This document shows, one piece after another, positions 60,264-64,000 of a DNA stretch of 64,000 nucleotides. The position numbers were made by a program, and so were the translations under genes. The stretch is from an uncultured Oribacterium sp. (GTDB lineage Bacteria > Bacillota > Clostridia > Lachnospirales > Lachnospiraceae), in contig CAAGKO010000009.1 of the NCBI GenBank assembly GCA_900770445.1, forward strand, positions 5,918 to 69,917, given 5' to 3'. The notes under the pieces are model-generated. The model saw only the letters and a list, made by a program, of their open reading frames with translations, was not told the origin of the DNA and did no database searches. Position 1 is the first letter of the stretch, and the number at the start of each line of letters is the position of its first letter.

Positions 60264-61700
60264 ATGATCAATCTTTTTATCACGGCGACGAAGTACATTC
60301 AGCTCCTGCTGATCGTGCTTTACACCTATTGCAATTTCCGATATCTGTCCATCCCGGACCAGGAGGACGCGGACCCGCTCTGCGACTGGCAGCTCCGTAT
60401 CATCCTGCTGGTTCATTTTCTGATGAACTGTATCATCTATCTGAAGACGGCGGACATGAGCGCGGTGTGGTTCTACCTCCTGCAGCTCGCGTTTTTCCTG
60501 CTGTACATCTTCGGCGCGCAGCGGCTCTACCGGAACATCAACCGGCTGCTGCTAAACAACACGGTGTTTTTTCTCACCTACGGACTCATCATGCTCGAGC
60601 GCCTCGATCCGACGAAGGCGATGAAGCAGTTCGTGATCATCGTCGGGGCGGCGGCGCTCACGCTCGTCATCCCGTACCTCATCGATAAAATCTGGGACCT
60701 CGTGCGCTGGCGCCATGTCTTCGCCGCCTTCGGCATCCTGCTGCAGGGCGTCGTGCTGATCATCGGCGCGACGAGCTACGGCGCGAAGATGTCGATTTCG
60801 ATCGGCGGCTTCACCTTCCAGGCGTCGGAGATCGTGAAGATCACCTTCGTGCTGGCGATGGCCGGCATGCTGAGCCGCGCGACGGAATTCAGAGACATTG
60901 TCCTAAGCTCGCTGGTGGCGGCCGCGCATGTGCTGGTGCTCGTCGCCTGCAAGGACCTCGGCTCCGCGCTGATTTTCTGCCTCGCGTACCTCGTGATGAT
61001 CTTCATCGCGACGAACCGCAGCCTCTACCTCGTGCTCGGCACGGCGGCGATGGGCGGCGCGTCGGTGTTCAGCTACGCTGCCTTTTCGCACGTGCGGAAG
61101 CGTGTGTTCGCGTGGATCAATCCATGGGCGGACATCGATGATAAGGGCTATCAGATCACACAGTCGCTCTTCGCGATCGGCACCGGCGGCTTCGCGGGCC
61201 TCGGCCTCTACCAGGGTATGCCGAAGCGCATTCCGATCGTCGAAAAGGACTTCATCATCTCGGCGATTTCCGAGGAGATGGGCGCGATCACCGCGATCTG
61301 CATCATCCTCGTGTGCCTCGGCTGCTTCATGCAGATGATGGTCATCGCTACCTACATGGAGGACAGCTTCTACAAGCTCGTGGCGGTCGGCCTCGCGATC
61401 GAGTATATCGTGCAGTCCTTCCTCACGATCGGCGGCGCGATCAAGTTCATCCCGTCGACTGGTGTGACGCTGCCGTTCATCAGCTACGGCGGCTCGTCGC
61501 TCGTCTCGGCCTTCATCGTCTTCGCGATCATCCAGGCGCTCTACATCATCCAAGGCAACGAGGATGAGGCGGACGAGCTCGAGGAGATGGAGGCGTACGA
61601 GGAGACGCCGGACGACGAGGACGAAACGCTGGAGGAGGACAATGCTGAGAACGACGCCTACGCGTCGGAGCAGGTTTCTGCGAAAGATTTAGACCTGTAG
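60264..61700 (+). CDS. SEDS-family peptidoglycan glycosyltransferase (FtsW/RodA/SpoVE) with a ~45-aa acidic C-terminal tail
   Basis: 10-TM SEDS fold with conserved ...PSTGVTLPFISYGGSS... AGAGGA RBS before the ATG at 60264. Confidence 0.8.
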   Translation: MINLFITATKYIQLLLIVLYTYCNFRYLSIPDQEDADPLCDWQLRIILLVHFLMNCIIYLKTADMSAVWFYLLQLAFFLLYIFGAQRLYRNINRLLLNNTVFFLTYGLIMLERLDPTKAMKQFVIIVGAAALTLVIPYLIDKIWDLVRWRHVFAAFGILLQGVVLIIGATSYGAKMSISIGGFTFQASEIVKITFVLAMAGMLSRATEFRDIVLSSLVAAAHVLVLVACKDLGSALIFCLAYLVMIFIATNRSLYLVLGTAAMGGASVFSYAAFSHVRKRVFAWINPWADIDDKGYQITQSLFAIGTGGFAGLGLYQGMPKRIPIVEKDFIISAISEEMGAITAICIILVCLGCFMQMMVIATYMEDSFYKLVAVGLAIEYIVQSFLTIGGAIKFIPSTGVTLPFISYGGSSLVSAFIVFAIIQALYIIQGNEDEADELEEMEAYEETPDDEDETLEEDNAENDAYASEQVSAKDLDL

Positions 61701-61712
61701 GAGAGGACGACA

Positions 61713-63209
61713 ATGTCAGAAAAGAAATCCCGTTCCGGGAAGCAGAAATCAAATCGAAATATCGTGGGCTTCATCTACTTCTTCGCGCTGCTGTTTTTCG
61801 CGATGATCGGCTACATGATCTACTTCATCGGCTGGCAGGCGGAGGACCTCATGGGAAACTCGTACAACCCGCGCATGGAGGTCTTCAACGACCGCTTCGT
61901 GCGTGGCGCGATTCTGTCCGCGGACGGGCAGGTGCTCGCGCAGACGGCGGTGACGGACACGCGCGTGAATCAGGATGGTTCCGTGAATCCGGACGGCACG
62001 TACACCGAGATGCGGCAGTACCCGTTCGGCGGCGTGTTCGCGCAGGCAGTCGGCTACTCGACGAAGGGCAAGACCGGCATCGAGGCGCTCGCGAATTTCT
62101 ACCTGATGCAGTCGAGTGCCAGCCCTGTGACGCAGGTGGTCAATGAGATCATGGAGACGAAGAGCCTCGGGGACAATGTGGTGACGACCCTCGACGCAGG
62201 GCTCCAGAAGGTGGCGTATGATGCGCTCGGGGACCAGAAGGGGGCAGTGATCGCCGTGAATCCGACGACGGGCGAGGTACTCGCGATGGCCTCGAAGCCG
62301 AGCTTCGATCCGAATACGATCGTCGAGGACTGGGACGACATCGTGAATAACCAGTCGGCGGCTGCGCCGCTTCTCAATCGCTGCACCCAGGGACTCTATG
62401 CACCGGGCTCGACCTTTAAGATCGTGATGGCGCTCGAGTATATGCGGGAGCATCCGAACGACTGGCAGGATTTCCACTTCGACTGCGACGGCGAGTACCA
62501 GGATCCGGCGGACGAGCGCTACGTCGTACACTGCTACGGTGGTGAGACCCACGGAAGCGAGGATCTGTCGTCCGCCTTTGCGAACTCCTGTAACGCGGCC
62601 TTTTCGAAGATCGGTACGCTGACGGATCCGAAGAAGCTGCTGGAGACCGGCGACGCACTGCTCTTTAATCAGGATCTGCCGATCAGCATCGCATCGAGTA
62701 AGAGCCGGCTGAAGCTCGCCACGGATGCCGACCCATGGACGATGATGCAGACCGCCATCGGACAGGGCGACACGATGATGAGTCCGCTGCATGAGGTCAT
62801 CCTCAGTGCGGCCATCGCGAACGGCGGTGTGCTCGTCGAGCCGACGCTGCTCCGGCAGGTGCAGTCCACGGATGGCAAGGTCGTGAAGACCTTCGGCGAG
62901 GGTGCGAAGCGGACGCTGATGAGCGCGGAGGAGGCGTCGACGCTCGGCGGCTTCATGCGCCGCGTCGTCACTGAGGGTACCGCGTCGGCGCTCCGAAAGG
63001 CGGACTACGAGGCGGCCGGCAAGACCGGATCCGCCGAGGTCGTGAAGAACGGAGAGAAGAGCACGACCGCCTGGTTCACCGGCTTCGCGCCGTACGAGAA
63101 CCCGGAAATCGCCATCTGCGTCGTCGTCGAGGACGGCGAAACCGGCGGCCGCACCGCCGCACCTGTCGCCCGGAAGGTGCTGGACTACTGGCTCGAAGAG
63201 CGAGGATGA
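61713..63209 (+). CDS. Class B penicillin-binding protein (D,D-transpeptidase), short form
   Basis: N-terminal TM, SXXK (STFK), SXN (SCN) and KTG (KTGSAEV) motifs. GGAGAGGA RBS. Confidence 0.85.
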   Translation: MSEKKSRSGKQKSNRNIVGFIYFFALLFFAMIGYMIYFIGWQAEDLMGNSYNPRMEVFNDRFVRGAILSADGQVLAQTAVTDTRVNQDGSVNPDGTYTEMRQYPFGGVFAQAVGYSTKGKTGIEALANFYLMQSSASPVTQVVNEIMETKSLGDNVVTTLDAGLQKVAYDALGDQKGAVIAVNPTTGEVLAMASKPSFDPNTIVEDWDDIVNNQSAAAPLLNRCTQGLYAPGSTFKIVMALEYMREHPNDWQDFHFDCDGEYQDPADERYVVHCYGGETHGSEDLSSAFANSCNAAFSKIGTLTDPKKLLETGDALLFNQDLPISIASSKSRLKLATDADPWTMMQTAIGQGDTMMSPLHEVILSAAIANGGVLVEPTLLRQVQSTDGKVVKTFGEGAKRTLMSAEEASTLGGFMRRVVTEGTASALRKADYEAAGKTGSAEVVKNGEKSTTAWFTGFAPYENPEIAICVVVEDGETGGRTAAPVARKVLDYWLEERG

Positions 63210-63212
63210 GAC

Positions 63213-63250
63213 GAAAGCTGTGCCTGTGGCACAGCTTTCGTGCATTTTGG
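63213..63250 (+). terminator. Terminator hairpin after the PBP gene (AAAGCTGTGCC TGT GGCACAGCTTT + TTTT)
   Basis: 11-bp perfect stem followed by CGTGCATTTTGG. Confidence 0.7.
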
Positions 63251-63391
63251 CCCTTTTCTCCGCCCGTGCGAGGGCGTATAATGTGAAGATAAAACGGCGC
63301 AGGGCGATAAAATCCGGAAAAAGATCTGTGGATCGATCGTCAGACTGCTACGTGCAGCATCAGCGCGCCGAAACCATCCAGGGGAGAAATC

Positions 63392-64000
63392 ATGAAACGT
63401 TTACTGACTTATATCCGGGACTACCGGGTCCGCGCCGTCCTGGCGCCGCTGTTCAAGTGCCTCGAGGCGTGCTTCGACCTCTTCGTGCCGCTCGTCATCT
63501 CGAGCATGATTGACCGCGGCATCCGGAGTGGCAACCTCGGCTATGTCTTCCGCATGGGCGGTCTGCTGCTCGCGCTCGCCGCGATCGGCCTCCTGTGCTC
63601 CTTCACCGCGCAGTTCTTCGCCGCGAAGGTCGCGATCCATACCGGAAAGGGCCTGCGCAATGACCTTTTCAGGCACATCAACGCGCTCGGCTATCGTGAG
63701 ATCGATACGCTCGGCACCAGCACCCTGATCACGCGCATGACCTCCGACATCAATGCCGTCGAGAGCGGCGTCAACATGGCGCTTCGTCTCTTCATGCGCT
63801 CGCCGTTCATCGTCTTCGGTGCCATGGTCATGGCCTTCACGATCAGTGCCCGCGCCGGTCTCATCTTCGCGGTGACCATCCTGATCCTCTTCATCGTCGT
63901 CTTCGGCATCATCCTGACGACCGCGCCGATGTACCGTGCGAACCAGGGCCAGCTCGACCGCATCATGAAGACGACCCGTGAGAACCTTCTCGGTGTCCGC
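63392..64000 (+). CDS. ABC exporter (transmembrane domain of a multidrug/lipid-type ABC transporter), 3'-partial
   Basis: GGGGAG RBS before the ATG at 63392. MKRLLTYIRDYRVRAVLAPLFKCLEA... is a typical N-terminus of type I ABC exporter TMDs. The ORF runs off the window. Confidence 0.7.
   Translation, partial: MKRLLTYIRDYRVRAVLAPLFKCLEACFDLFVPLVISSMIDRGIRSGNLGYVFRMGGLLLALAAIGLLCSFTAQFFAAKVAIHTGKGLRNDLFRHINALGYREIDTLGTSTLITRMTSDINAVESGVNMALRLFMRSPFIVFGAMVMAFTISARAGLIFAVTILILFIVVFGIILTTAPMYRANQGQLDRIMKTTRENLLGVR

Overview
This is a high-GC (~60%) Firmicutes/Clostridia-type chromosomal segment, judged from gene content (GroESL with a CIRCE operator, type III glutamine synthetase, an ANTAR regulator, TrhP-like U32 peptidases). 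It is densely packed with housekeeping genes: glnS, asnB, groES/groEL, guaB, nadE, rpoD, queH, an HPr homolog, apbC, leuCD, ruvAB, zapA, an FtsW/RodA SEDS protein plus a class B PBP, transporters and LysR regulators. The centre is a nitrogen-assimilation cluster: dapL, a short type I glutamine synthetase, an ANTAR pseudo-receiver regulator, glnN, gltB, gltD and a MATE exporter. That ~14.4-kb cluster lies between two ~750-bp inverted copies of a structured non-coding repeat. There is no recognisable defense island, prophage, transposase, CRISPR array, tRNA or rRNA. What stands out is the intergenic space, which is unusually rich in structured repeats:
- several families of multi-hairpin and MITE-like elements;
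- a ~335-bp palindrome of tandem units immediately upstream of gltB;
- a recurring GGGGTCAGACCCC hairpin at gene ends.
A G11 homopolymer frameshifts a PucR-family regulator, and a G8 tract forms the ribosome-binding site of a LysR regulator.
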